Below, one piece after another: positions 17,573 to 25,877 of a DNA stretch of 35,599 bases. The stretch is taken from the NCBI GenBank assembly GCA_035310405.1, contig DATGEF010000470.1, positions 1 to 35,599 on the forward strand. Direction: 5' to 3'. This DNA comes from Chloroflexia bacterium (lineage in GTDB: Bacteria > Chloroflexota > Chloroflexia > QHBQ01 > JAICKM01). A program made the position numbers and the translations under genes. Each line of letters starts with the position of its first letter. The stretch's first letter is position 1. The notes under the pieces were generated by a model. The model did no database searches, had not been told where the DNA came from, and was given only the letters and a program-made list of their open reading frames with translations.

Positions 17573-19060
17573 ATGCGCACCGTCATCCCTGGGCCCCCCT
17601 GGCGCGGCCTGCTCGCGGGCCTGCTGGGGGCGGGCCTGCTGGCCGGCTGGCCTGCCGCGCCCCCGGCCGGGGCCGTCGCCTTGCGCTTCGGCGATCCGGC
17701 GTTTGCGCAGGTCTGGACGCGCACCGATGCCCCAGTCGCGGCCGGGCAGGCCGGGCGCTCCTGGTATTGGGGCCCCGCACCGGGCATGATCGTGCGCGAG
17801 CCGTTCGCCGGACTGCCGGGCGGATCGCACCTGGTCCAGTATTTCGACAAGAGCCGTATGGAGATCAACGACCCGCAGGGTGACCGCAGCGCCCCCTGGT
17901 TCGTGACCAACGGGCTGCTGGCGGTCGAGCTGATCTCGGGCCGGGTGCAAACCGGGCTCACCAGCTATGAGCCGCGGGCCCCGGCCGCCATCCCCCTGGC
18001 CTCGGATACGGACGATACGAGCGCGCCGACCTATGCCTCGTTCCTGGCCGTGAGCAACACCGCGCGCGGCGACCACCCGGCCCCGGACGCCACGGGAAGC
18101 GCGGTGACCGCCACGATCGATCGCGCGGGGCAGGTGGGCCAGGACGCCGGCCGGGCGCTGGTGGGGACCCGCCTGGCCCATTACGAGCCCCGCACCCGGC
18201 ATAACATCCCGGCCGTCTTCTGGACCTTCCTGAACGCGCGCGGGCCGGTGCAGGAAGCCGGCGGCCGGGCTATCGCCCCGTTATCCACCCCCTGGAATTT
18301 CGCCACCGGCCTGCCGATCAGCGAAGCGTACTGGGCGCGCGTGAAGATCGCGGGGCGGCCTCAGTGGGTGTTGATCCAGGCCTACGAGCGGCGCGTGCTG
18401 ACCTTTGTCCCGGCGAACGCCCCGCAGTGGCAGGTGCAGATGGGCAATATCGGCCAGCACTACTATCAATACCGGTATGGGAGTCCGGCCGCGGCCCTGT
18501 TAGACGCGATCGACCGCACGGCGGCCGCCCCGACCTACCATTTCGATTCGCTGTTCCAGCTGCAGAGCGGCGACGTGACCATCCCCTTCGCCCGGCAATC
18601 CGGCGACTTCCAGGCCCCCAATCGTACGCATTTTGTCCAGCAGGCGACCGACGGCGTTAGCGAGGTGGTGACGATCGGCCCCAGCGTCTATATCAGCAGT
18701 ACGGCCACCGGCGGGCAGTGGCAGAAAAGCGCCCCCGGCGCCGCGATCGACCTGTCGAGCCTGATCGGCGTGCTGCAATATGCGACGGATGTGACGGCCG
18801 GGCCCGACGAGGTGGTGAACGGCGTGCCCAGCCGGCATCTGCACATGACCCTGGAGCCGAGCGTCCTGCCGCTGCTGCCGGGGGTGACATACTCGGCGGC
18901 GGTGGGCGATGTCTACCTGGCCGCTGGCACGGGGCGCATGACCCGCGAGATCACCACCCTGACCCTGGCGCCCGGCTCGCTGCGCCAGGGCGCGGTCCTG
19001 GTGACGATCGATTTTAGCCGCTATGGCGAAGCGGTCAGCATCGCCCCGCCCCTGCCATGA
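17573..19060 (+). CDS. Secreted hypothetical protein with two LGFP-like 'VQYF(D/E)xxR' repeat modules and an unknown C-terminal domain
   Basis: It has a signal peptide (LLAGLLGAGLLAGWPAAPPAGA). The modules read ...GSHLVQYFDKSRMEINDP... and ...GLPISEAYWARVKIAGRPQWVLIQAYERRVLTFVP.... These resemble the repeats at the N terminus of the 28477 SBP. Confidence 0.65.
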   Translation: MRTVIPGPPWRGLLAGLLGAGLLAGWPAAPPAGAVALRFGDPAFAQVWTRTDAPVAAGQAGRSWYWGPAPGMIVREPFAGLPGGSHLVQYFDKSRMEINDPQGDRSAPWFVTNGLLAVELISGRVQTGLTSYEPRAPAAIPLASDTDDTSAPTYASFLAVSNTARGDHPAPDATGSAVTATIDRAGQVGQDAGRALVGTRLAHYEPRTRHNIPAVFWTFLNARGPVQEAGGRAIAPLSTPWNFATGLPISEAYWARVKIAGRPQWVLIQAYERRVLTFVPANAPQWQVQMGNIGQHYYQYRYGSPAAALLDAIDRTAAAPTYHFDSLFQLQSGDVTIPFARQSGDFQAPNRTHFVQQATDGVSEVVTIGPSVYISSTATGGQWQKSAPGAAIDLSSLIGVLQYATDVTAGPDEVVNGVPSRHLHMTLEPSVLPLLPGVTYSAAVGDVYLAAGTGRMTREITTLTLAPGSLRQGAVLVTIDFSRYGEAVSIAPPLP

Positions 19061-19917
19061 TTATCGATCGCCTGCGCCGCCCCTGGCCGCTGACCCCCGC
19101 CCAGATCGGGCTGCTGGCCGTCCTGCTGGGCGGGCTGTTTTTCGCCCCGGGCTCGCTCAAGTTCAAGCTGGACTTCCTGGGGTTCGGGGTCTGCCACCAG
19201 CTGAGCAGCCACTCCTTGTTTATCGCCGGTCACCAGCTGCCGCTGTGCGCGCGTTGCAGCGGCATCTATCTCGGGGCCTTGATCACGCTGGGGATGCTGT
19301 TGATCCTGCGCCCCCTGGCCGGGGCGTTGCCCGCGCGGCGGATGCTGCCGCTGCTGGGCTTTATGTTCGCCACGATGGTCCTGGATGGCATTAACTCGAC
19401 GTTCCAGTCCGTGCCGGGCGCCACGGCGCTGTACGAGACGACAAACTGGCTGCGCCTGATCACCGGCACACTCGCCGGGACCGCGTTGATGTTCGTACTC
19501 TACCCGATCTTCAACCAGAGCTTCTGGCGCACGCGGCTACTGCAGCGCGAGCGCTCGCTGGAACAGCCGTATGAGTTGTTCGGGTTCCTGGTGCCCAGCG
19601 CGGTGGTCGTCGGCGTGCTGCTCTCGGCGGCCGGCGACCCCACGATTGGCGACTGGCTCTACTGGCCGCTGGCGTTGGGCAGCGTGGCCGGCCTGCTGGC
19701 CATGTTGATGATGGCCAACGTCCTGATCGTCTCGACGCTGAGCCGGCGGGCCGGCACCATAACTTCGTGGCAGGCGGCGTTGACCCCCCTGCTGATCGCC
19801 TTGCTCCTGGCGCTGATCGAGCTGACCGTGCTGGCGAACCTGCGGATTGCCCTGACGGCGTCCCTGGCCACGGCGGCCACGCCCCCCGATCTGCCGCTCG
19901 TGCCGGGCCTCAAATGA
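19057..19917 (+). CDS. DUF2085-family membrane protein
   Basis: It has the motif FGVCHQLSSHSLFIAGHQLPLCARCSGIYLG and is polytopic. The start overlaps the previous stop (ATGA). Confidence 0.75.
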   Translation: MIIDRLRRPWPLTPAQIGLLAVLLGGLFFAPGSLKFKLDFLGFGVCHQLSSHSLFIAGHQLPLCARCSGIYLGALITLGMLLILRPLAGALPARRMLPLLGFMFATMVLDGINSTFQSVPGATALYETTNWLRLITGTLAGTALMFVLYPIFNQSFWRTRLLQRERSLEQPYELFGFLVPSAVVVGVLLSAAGDPTIGDWLYWPLALGSVAGLLAMLMMANVLIVSTLSRRAGTITSWQAALTPLLIALLLALIELTVLANLRIALTASLATAATPPDLPLVPGLK

Positions 19918-20111
19918 GGCGGCGGGCGCGGCAGGCAGAATTACCGGGTCGGGCGGGCGCCGGCGGGCGAAAACACGTAAATTTGCGCTATACCGGGGCC
20001 CCCGCAGGGGGTATGATTGTTGCGGGCCGCAACGAGGCAGGGCCCGGCCACGTAGTAGAGTGAAGGCGATCGTTTAGCGAGAACGGGATAGCAGGTAGGA
20101 GTGCCTGGCGT

Positions 20112-20636
20112 ATGCGAACAGGGTTGTTGGTCGGGGCGGCGTTTGGCGTCGTAGCGGCGGGGCTCTTTTTCCCCTTCACGGAGCGTTGGATTCCGCTGCT
20201 GGTGGAAGCCTTGCTCGCGATCGTGGCGGGCGCGGTGGCCGCCTACCTGGCGGGCCGGGTGCCCGTGCCCCTCGCCCCGGCCCGCCCCGGGGCGCCAGCG
20301 GTTACCTGGCGCAGTATCGTGGTGCGCGCCGGCACGGCGGCGGGCGCGGTCGTCGGGGTGCTGGGCGGGCTGGCGTTCACGGTCGTCACCTACCAGTTGC
20401 TGGGCGATGCGACCGGCCGCGCGCAGCTGGCCGAGAGCTTGCGCCAGGCGGGGCTGAGCACGTCCGCCGATGCCCTGATCTCCATGCTGACGCTTTGTGT
20501 CGGCTGCATCTTTGTGATCCTGATCCCGACCCTCACCGGCGGGCTGGGCGCGCTGGGGGGCTGGCTCTATAGCCTGACCCGGCCGGCCTCCGCGCCCCCC
20601 CCGCTGCCCCTGGGCGGGCCGGGGATACCTCTTTAG
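20112..20636 (+). CDS. Hypothetical membrane protein (about 4 TM)
   Basis: 174-aa ORF with GGTAGGAG upstream, Gly/Ala-rich TM segments and high GC3. Confidence 0.55.
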   Translation: MRTGLLVGAAFGVVAAGLFFPFTERWIPLLVEALLAIVAGAVAAYLAGRVPVPLAPARPGAPAVTWRSIVVRAGTAAGAVVGVLGGLAFTVVTYQLLGDATGRAQLAESLRQAGLSTSADALISMLTLCVGCIFVILIPTLTGGLGALGGWLYSLTRPASAPPPLPLGGPGIPL

Positions 20637-20664
20637 CCGCACCCTGTTAGAAAGGACCACCGGG

Positions 20665-21252
20665 ATGGACACTCTCATTCAAATTCTCGCGGGGCTCGGG
20701 CTGGCGGCGTCCGCCGGGCTGAATGCCTGGTTGCCGTTGCTCATCGTCGGCCTCGCGGCGCGCTTCACCACCCTGATCCATCTGAGCGCGCCCTATAACC
20801 TGCTCTCGAACGGCTGGGTCCTGGCGACGCTGTCTGTGCTGCTCTTGATCGAGATTCTGGCGGACAAGGTCCCGGTAGTCGATTCGCTCAACGACGCCAT
20901 CCATACCTTTATCCGGCCCGCGGCCGGGGCGATCTTGTTCGCGGCGCATAATAATGCCCTGGGCGATCTCAATCCGGTGCTGGCGCTGATCCTGGGCCTG
21001 CTGGCGGCTGGCAGCGTCCATGCCGTCAAAGCCTCGGTCCGCCCGGTGCTGACCGCGACCACGGGGGGCCTCGCCAATCCCATTGTCAGCGTCATCGAGG
21101 ATGCCGTGGCGATTGTGAGCACCCTGCTGGCCCTGCTGGTGCCGGCCCTCTCGGCGGTCTTGTTCCTGATCTTCCTGATCGTGGCCGTGCGGTTATTGTT
21201 CCGCTGGCGCCAGCGGCACGCCGCCCGCGCGGATCTGCAGCGTGCGCGTTAA
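20665..21252 (+). CDS. DUF4126-family membrane protein
   Basis: The sequences LGLAASAGLNAWLPLLIVGLAARF and EILADKVPVVDSLNDAIHTFIRPAAGA are typical of DUF4126. Confidence 0.75.
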   Translation: MDTLIQILAGLGLAASAGLNAWLPLLIVGLAARFTTLIHLSAPYNLLSNGWVLATLSVLLLIEILADKVPVVDSLNDAIHTFIRPAAGAILFAAHNNALGDLNPVLALILGLLAAGSVHAVKASVRPVLTATTGGLANPIVSVIEDAVAIVSTLLALLVPALSAVLFLIFLIVAVRLLFRWRQRHAARADLQRAR

Positions 21253-22162
21253 GCTGGCGGGGGGCCTGGTGCTTGGGCTGGTGCTGGCCGGGTGTAGCGG
21301 CGCGGCCCCGCCGGCCGCGGCGCCGGCCCTGCCGCCGGTCGCACAGATCTGGCCCACCCAGCTGCCCACCCCCACCGGGGCGCCCCCGGCCGGGAGCGCT
21401 GCGGATACCGCGGCCGGCGACCTGGCCGCGCCGCCGGCCGCCCGCGCCGGGCCCCGCGGGGGTGGCCCGGATTGGACCTTTGCGGTGGTCGGCGATACCT
21501 GGAAAGACACGCCGATGCTGCGCTATATTTTGCACGATGCCGTCGCCCATCACGACTCGCTCCTGGTCGACCTGGGCGATCTGACCCCGCAGGGCCGGCC
21601 GGAGCAGTTGGCGGAGTTTGCCCGCCTGGCCCGGGGCGCCGGGCTGCCGGTCTACGCGGTGCCGGGCAATCATGATGTGGCCTGGTCCCAGAATACGCAG
21701 CCGTTTGAGCAATTCTGGCCCCGCCACCAGTCGTTCGACTATCGGAACGCCCATTTCACGATCGCGGATGATAGCGCGGTCACTTTCAGCCGGGCCGAGC
21801 TGGCCTGGGTCGCCGCCGACCTGGCCGCGACGGCCCAACCGCTCAAGTTTGTGTTTGTGCATGTGCCCCCGCTGATGCCCTATCCGGTGCCGGCCGAGTC
21901 GGCCCTACAGGCAGGGGGGCCGGAGTTCAGCGCCCTGATGGAACAATACCAGGTCACGACCGTCTTTGCGGGCCATCTGCACGCCTATACCCGCCTGGAG
22001 CGCAACGGGGTCCCCTATGTCATTACCGGGGGCGGCGGCGAGCCACTCCATGTGCCGGCCCTGCTCGGCGGGCGGTACCACTACGTGCGGGTGGCGGTGC
22101 AGGGCACCACGACCCAGGAGACCATGATCGCGCTCGACACCGTGCCGACGCCGACCCCTTGA
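21242..22162 (+). CDS. Metallophosphoesterase (calcineurin-like) lipoprotein
   Basis: GTG start overlaps the preceding gene by 11 nt. Lipobox LVLAGCSG. Phosphoesterase motifs are VVGDTW, DLGDLT, GNHD, VHVPP and GHLH. Confidence 0.82.
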   Translation: MRVKLAGGLVLGLVLAGCSGAAPPAAAPALPPVAQIWPTQLPTPTGAPPAGSAADTAAGDLAAPPAARAGPRGGGPDWTFAVVGDTWKDTPMLRYILHDAVAHHDSLLVDLGDLTPQGRPEQLAEFARLARGAGLPVYAVPGNHDVAWSQNTQPFEQFWPRHQSFDYRNAHFTIADDSAVTFSRAELAWVAADLAATAQPLKFVFVHVPPLMPYPVPAESALQAGGPEFSALMEQYQVTTVFAGHLHAYTRLERNGVPYVITGGGGEPLHVPALLGGRYHYVRVAVQGTTTQETMIALDTVPTPTP

Positions 22163-22165
22163 CCG

Positions 22166-22403
22166 TTTTGAGTTTTGATCGCGTAGCGGTGCCGCAGGCA
22201 CATTTTTGAGTTTTGAGTTTTGAGTTGACGAACGACTGGAAACGAGTTTTGAGTTTTGCTCGCGCAGCGGTGCCGTAGGCACATCGCGCAGCGGTGCCGT
22301 AGGTACATCGCGCAGCGGTGCCGTAGGCACATCGCGCAGCGGTGCCGTAGGTACATTTTTGCGCGCGCAACGGGGCCGCCGGCACCCTTTGAATTTTGAG
22401 TTA
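22166..22403. repeat. Composite repeat region: TTTTGAG heptamer blocks interleaved with 24-nt units
   Basis: TTTTGAG blocks lie at 22166-22178, 22204-22224, 22244-22258 and 22388-22403. A degenerate 24-mer lies at 22180-22203. Confidence 0.9.
22261..22356. repeat. 4 x 24-nt perfect-period tandem array CGCGCAGCGGTGCCGTAGG(C/T)ACAT
   Basis: The four copies are at 22261-84, 22285-308, 22309-32 and 22333-56. C and T alternate at one position, which makes a 2 x 48-nt structure. Each unit carries the mini-hairpin GTGCC-GTA-GG(C/T)AC. Confidence 0.95.
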
Positions 22404-22606
22404 GGGTGCGGGGCCGATGGCATGTATACGCAGTAACCTTAGAGGCAGGGACCGCTCGGAGACTTGCGGCGCCCCGCCCCGTCGGGATGATCGTCAGCCC
22501 GCGTAGGCGGGCTTCGTACTCGTAGCCGCGGCTTTAGCCGCCAGGCGTCCCGCCCCAGAACCCGGCCGCGTGCTGAGGTTGCTGCTGGGTGGTAGCACAC
22601 GAGCAG

Positions 22607-22618
22607 TTGTGGTAAGAT
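22607..22618 (+). promoter_or_regulatory. Extended -10 promoter element TTGTGGTAAGAT
   Basis: TGgTAAGAT lies 22 nt upstream of ATG 22640, and GGGGGA (22627-22632) serves as the RBS. The -35 is weak. The identical 12-mer recurs at 28184-28195. Confidence 0.5.
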
Positions 22619-22639
22619 GCAGCCACGGGGGATAGTACG

Positions 22640-23695
22640 ATGGATGCAGCAGGGGCGGCAGCGGCGCCGGAAGCGACCGTAAACTCCAAACTCCAAACTC
22701 CAAACTCAAAACTCCTCTCGATCCTGGTGCGGCTGCGGCCGCGCGACGTGGGGGCGATCCTGGACCAGGCCGTGGTGCTCTATCGCCGGAACTTCTTCAC
22801 CTATGTGGGCATCGTCGCGCTGATGCAGGTGCCGGTGACCTTGCTGCTCACGCTGGGCAATATTTTCCTGCTGGATCCGGCCAACCTGCGGACGCCGCAG
22901 CCGCCGCGGTTCGGGGCCGATCCCAACGCCTATGCGCAATACGATGCGGCCAGTGCGGCCTGGTTCAGCGATCTCATCAGCCGCTCCCTCTTGCTGTTTG
23001 CCCTCTCCGGGGTGGGTGTCATCTTGCTGAATCTGGCGACGGGGGCGCTGGCCCGGGCCATTGCCGATGGCTATATGGGCCGGCCGCTGAGCGTCCTGGG
23101 CGCCTATCGCGCCGTCCTGCCCCGCTTCTGGTCGCTCACCGGGCTGATCGTCCTCCTGGGGTTCTCGCTGATGCTGTTTGTGGTGCCGCCGTTATTCTTC
23201 TGGATTTTTATCTCCTGGAGCTTCGCCAGCCAGGCGGTCGTGCTCGAAGGGCGGGGCGTCGCCTCGGCGCTCCAGCGGAGCTGGGATCTGGTGCGGGGGG
23301 ACTGGTGGCGCGTTTTCGGCACCTATCTGCTGCTGTTTCTGGTGCGCACGATTATTACCCTGCCGGCTTCGGTCGCCTCGGTGGCGCTGAGCCTGGTGGG
23401 CGCGTCGTGGGTGGTGCAGAACATCGGGGCGGAGTTCGCCAGCCTGGTGCTCGCCGTCATCTCGACGCCGATCCAGCTCACGGCGATGACCTTGCTCTAT
23501 TTCGACCTGCGGGTGCGCAAGGAGGGCTATGATCTCAACCTGGCGCTCGACGCGCAAGCGGTGGACCTGGGCCTGGAGCCGGCCGCGATCGGGGGCGGCT
23601 GGCCCTACCAGGCGGTCGCGCCAGCCGCCGGCGCCGGTGCGCCCGCGGGCCGGGCCATGGCGCCCTTGCCCTATGGCGAAGTGACCCAGGCATGA
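22640..23695 (+). CDS. Polytopic membrane protein (GDPD-membrane-domain/DUF-type), paralog 1
   Basis: LRPRDVGAILDQAVVLYRRNFFTYVGI, about 6 TM, ALQRSWDLVRGDWWRVFGTYLL, and a tail LLYFDLRVRKEGYDL. ATG 22640 is supported by the promoter and RBS. The alternative start GTG 22727 lies downstream of the heptamer array. Confidence 0.75.
   Translation: MDAAGAAAAPEATVNSKLQTPNSKLLSILVRLRPRDVGAILDQAVVLYRRNFFTYVGIVALMQVPVTLLLTLGNIFLLDPANLRTPQPPRFGADPNAYAQYDAASAAWFSDLISRSLLLFALSGVGVILLNLATGALARAIADGYMGRPLSVLGAYRAVLPRFWSLTGLIVLLGFSLMLFVVPPLFFWIFISWSFASQAVVLEGRGVASALQRSWDLVRGDWWRVFGTYLLLFLVRTIITLPASVASVALSLVGASWVVQNIGAEFASLVLAVISTPIQLTAMTLLYFDLRVRKEGYDLNLALDAQAVDLGLEPAAIGGGWPYQAVAPAAGAGAPAGRAMAPLPYGEVTQA
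22681..22715. repeat. Heptamer tandem array (AAACTCC) x5, one unit AAACTCA
   Basis: AAACTCC AAACTCC AAACTCC AAACTCA AAACTCC lies inside codons 14-26 of the 22640 ORF. It is related to the reverse complement of the TTTTGAG blocks. Confidence 0.95.
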
Positions 23696-24594
23696 AGCAG
23701 AGCCTCTGGGCCCTCGCGGCGGCCGGGTGGCGCCTGTATATGGGCAGCCGGGGGGCCTTTTTGCTGCCGGTTCTGTTGCTGGAAGTGCCGCTCTTGCTCG
23801 TAAATGTCGGGGTGCTGGCCTGGCTCGATCCTGGACCCACCGCGATCACGGCATCCTGGATCGTCGGCTTTACGGTCTTTACGCTGGCGGATAGTATCCT
23901 GACGCTCACCGAGGCGGTGTTCGCGTTTCTCTTGCTGGCGTTGATCGCCGTGCAGGTGCGGGCGTTGCGCGCCGGCCAGCCCCTGGCGCTCGGCGCGGCT
24001 TTTCGGCAGGTCTTACCCCGGCTCTGGGCCCTCTTGGGCGGCTCTTTCCTGCTGGTCGTGAGCGTCGGCCTGCTCACGGCCGTGGGGGTGTTTTTCTCCG
24101 TGGTGTTCAGCCTGGTCCTGGCCGTCCTGGGCAGCGAGGGCAAAAGCCTGGCCGAGGCACTGCGTGACAGCCTGGTGAATCCGACGCAGAACCTCTGGCT
24201 GCAGCTTCTGCTCTTGGCCCTGATCGCCACCCTCTCGATCTTCCTGGTCGTGAAGTGGTCGCTGATGGTCCAGGTGGTCGTGCTGGAAGACTCGCCCCCG
24301 GTGCATGCCTTACAGCGCAGCTGGCAGCTGATCCGCGGCGCCTTTTGGCGCACGCTGGGGACCTTGTTGATCAGCAGCCTGCCGATCAGCCTGCTCTCCA
24401 ACGGCACACTGGTCGCGCAGTTCCTGGGAGTGCTCCCGGAAGGGGGCAACCGCGTCGCCGTGCTCGCCGTGGTGCGCGGGATCGCCCTCTTCCTGCGCCT
24501 GCTCGTGTTGCCGTGGGTGCTGATTCTCCTGACCCTTTACTACTACGATCTCCGCGTGCGGCGTGAGAGCGCCGCCCCGAGGGCCGCGGGCTGA
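23692..24594 (+). CDS. Polytopic membrane protein, paralog 2
   Basis: It has the same architecture as paralog 1 (ALQRSWQLIRGAFWRTLGTLL, LYYYDLRVRRES). ATGA overlaps the previous gene. Confidence 0.78.
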   Translation: MKQSLWALAAAGWRLYMGSRGAFLLPVLLLEVPLLLVNVGVLAWLDPGPTAITASWIVGFTVFTLADSILTLTEAVFAFLLLALIAVQVRALRAGQPLALGAAFRQVLPRLWALLGGSFLLVVSVGLLTAVGVFFSVVFSLVLAVLGSEGKSLAEALRDSLVNPTQNLWLQLLLLALIATLSIFLVVKWSLMVQVVVLEDSPPVHALQRSWQLIRGAFWRTLGTLLISSLPISLLSNGTLVAQFLGVLPEGGNRVAVLAVVRGIALFLRLLVLPWVLILLTLYYYDLRVRRESAAPRAAG

Positions 24595-24761
24595 GGCGAG
24601 CTGTTGGGCCGCTGCGCCGGGGGGTAGGCATCCCGCTCTGCGTCCTCATCGCGCTGCTGGGGATCGCCTGCTGGCCGGGCCGTGCCCAGGCCGCGCCGGC
24701 AGGCCAGGCGCCGCTCGACCGCGCGGCCTATGTCCGCCTCCTGCACACGCTGCTGGCCGAC

Positions 24762-25877
24762 GTGGACGCCGTGCCCGCCGGCCAGGATGCGGGCCAGGCG
24801 GCCGCGATCACCCGCGCCCTGGTCGCGATCCCGGAGAGTGTGACCGTGGCCGATGCGCAGGGCCCCCTCGCCGCCATCGACCTGCGCCCGTTACGGGACA
24901 GCCTGCAGAAACAGCCGCCCGACCTCGTGGGCGCCCACCAGTACCTGACCGCCCTGCTCGATTTGCTGGACCCGGGGTCGCTGCCGCCGGCCACGCCGAC
25001 TCCCGACGAGACCCCCCCGCCCGGCCCGGGCACGTCGGCGCCGATCCGCACGCCAGCCTATCTGCCGGCGCCCGAGACGGGCACCGGCCCCCCGCTCAGC
25101 AGCGGGGATGCGGGCGCCCGGCTGGACCGGGTGCTGGCCGATCCCCGTTTCCGCCAGGCCGCGGGCAACGGCATCCAACAGGGTCTGTCCCAGGCGTTAC
25201 AGCCCTTCGTCACTTTCTTGCTGCAAATGCCGCCGCGCCAGCGCAATGTGTTGATCGCGCTGGTGGCCGGGCTGCTGGTGGCGTTCATGGTCTATAGCGG
25301 CTACCGGGAGGCCCCCTGGCGCCGGGAGCGCTACTGGGCCACGATCCTGGGCGCGGGGGGCGGCACCGCGGGGCTGGTCTATGTGCTGCTGACCTACTTT
25401 TTCGACCTGGTTAGCCTGATCGGCCCGGCGGTGGGGCTGGGGCTCGGCGGCCTGGGCGTGATCGTCGCTCTGGGCGTGCTGGTCTACCTGGTTTTCGGCC
25501 TGCGGCGGGCGCGGGCGCCAATCGATGCCCGACTGACCGCGGCCTTCGCCGCCGAAGCCGGGTGGACGGCGGCGCAAGCCCGGCTGGCGGCGCTGACGGC
25601 CGCATCCGCGCTCGACTACCGCAAAGCGGTGCGCTATCGGTACCTGGCGACGTTGCTGGCCCTGGACGAAGCGGGGCACATGCGCTTCGATCCCGCGCTC
25701 ACCAATGGCGAATACCTGCGCCAGGCGCCGGCCGGCATGCGGGAGCCGCTGCGCCCGCTGATCCAGCGTTTTGAGCGCTTCTGGTACGGCGGCTATCCGG
25801 CGACCGCGCAGGACTATGCGGCGTACCAGGCGCTAGCGACCACGGCGGAGCAGGTGGGCCCGGAGGCCCGATCGTGA
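24762..25877 (+). CDS. DUF4129 domain-containing membrane protein (the true start is probably upstream, see findings)
   Basis: The C-terminal segment EYLRQAPAGMREPLRPLIQRFERFWYGGYPATAQDY is the DUF4129 pattern, and TM segments lie mid-protein. GTG 24762 is the first canonical start. The frame is open back to 24567 and encodes a signal peptide there. Confidence 0.78.
   Translation: MDAVPAGQDAGQAAAITRALVAIPESVTVADAQGPLAAIDLRPLRDSLQKQPPDLVGAHQYLTALLDLLDPGSLPPATPTPDETPPPGPGTSAPIRTPAYLPAPETGTGPPLSSGDAGARLDRVLADPRFRQAAGNGIQQGLSQALQPFVTFLLQMPPRQRNVLIALVAGLLVAFMVYSGYREAPWRRERYWATILGAGGGTAGLVYVLLTYFFDLVSLIGPAVGLGLGGLGVIVALGVLVYLVFGLRRARAPIDARLTAAFAAEAGWTAAQARLAALTAASALDYRKAVRYRYLATLLALDEAGHMRFDPALTNGEYLRQAPAGMREPLRPLIQRFERFWYGGYPATAQDYAAYQALATTAEQVGPEARS

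Noticed and set aside
22261-22356. Possible CRISPR array (regular 24-nt repeats)
   Set aside because: The units are directly adjacent, with no spacers. There are only four copies, no cas genes in the window and no leader. It is a simple tandem repeat.
21905-22423. Minus-strand ORFs (172, 120 and 91 aa) encoding DVPTAPLR-type peptide repeats
   Set aside because: The periodic peptide is simply the translation of the 24-nt and 7-nt DNA repeats. The ORFs overlap the 3' end of the well-supported metallophosphoesterase gene and have no RBS.
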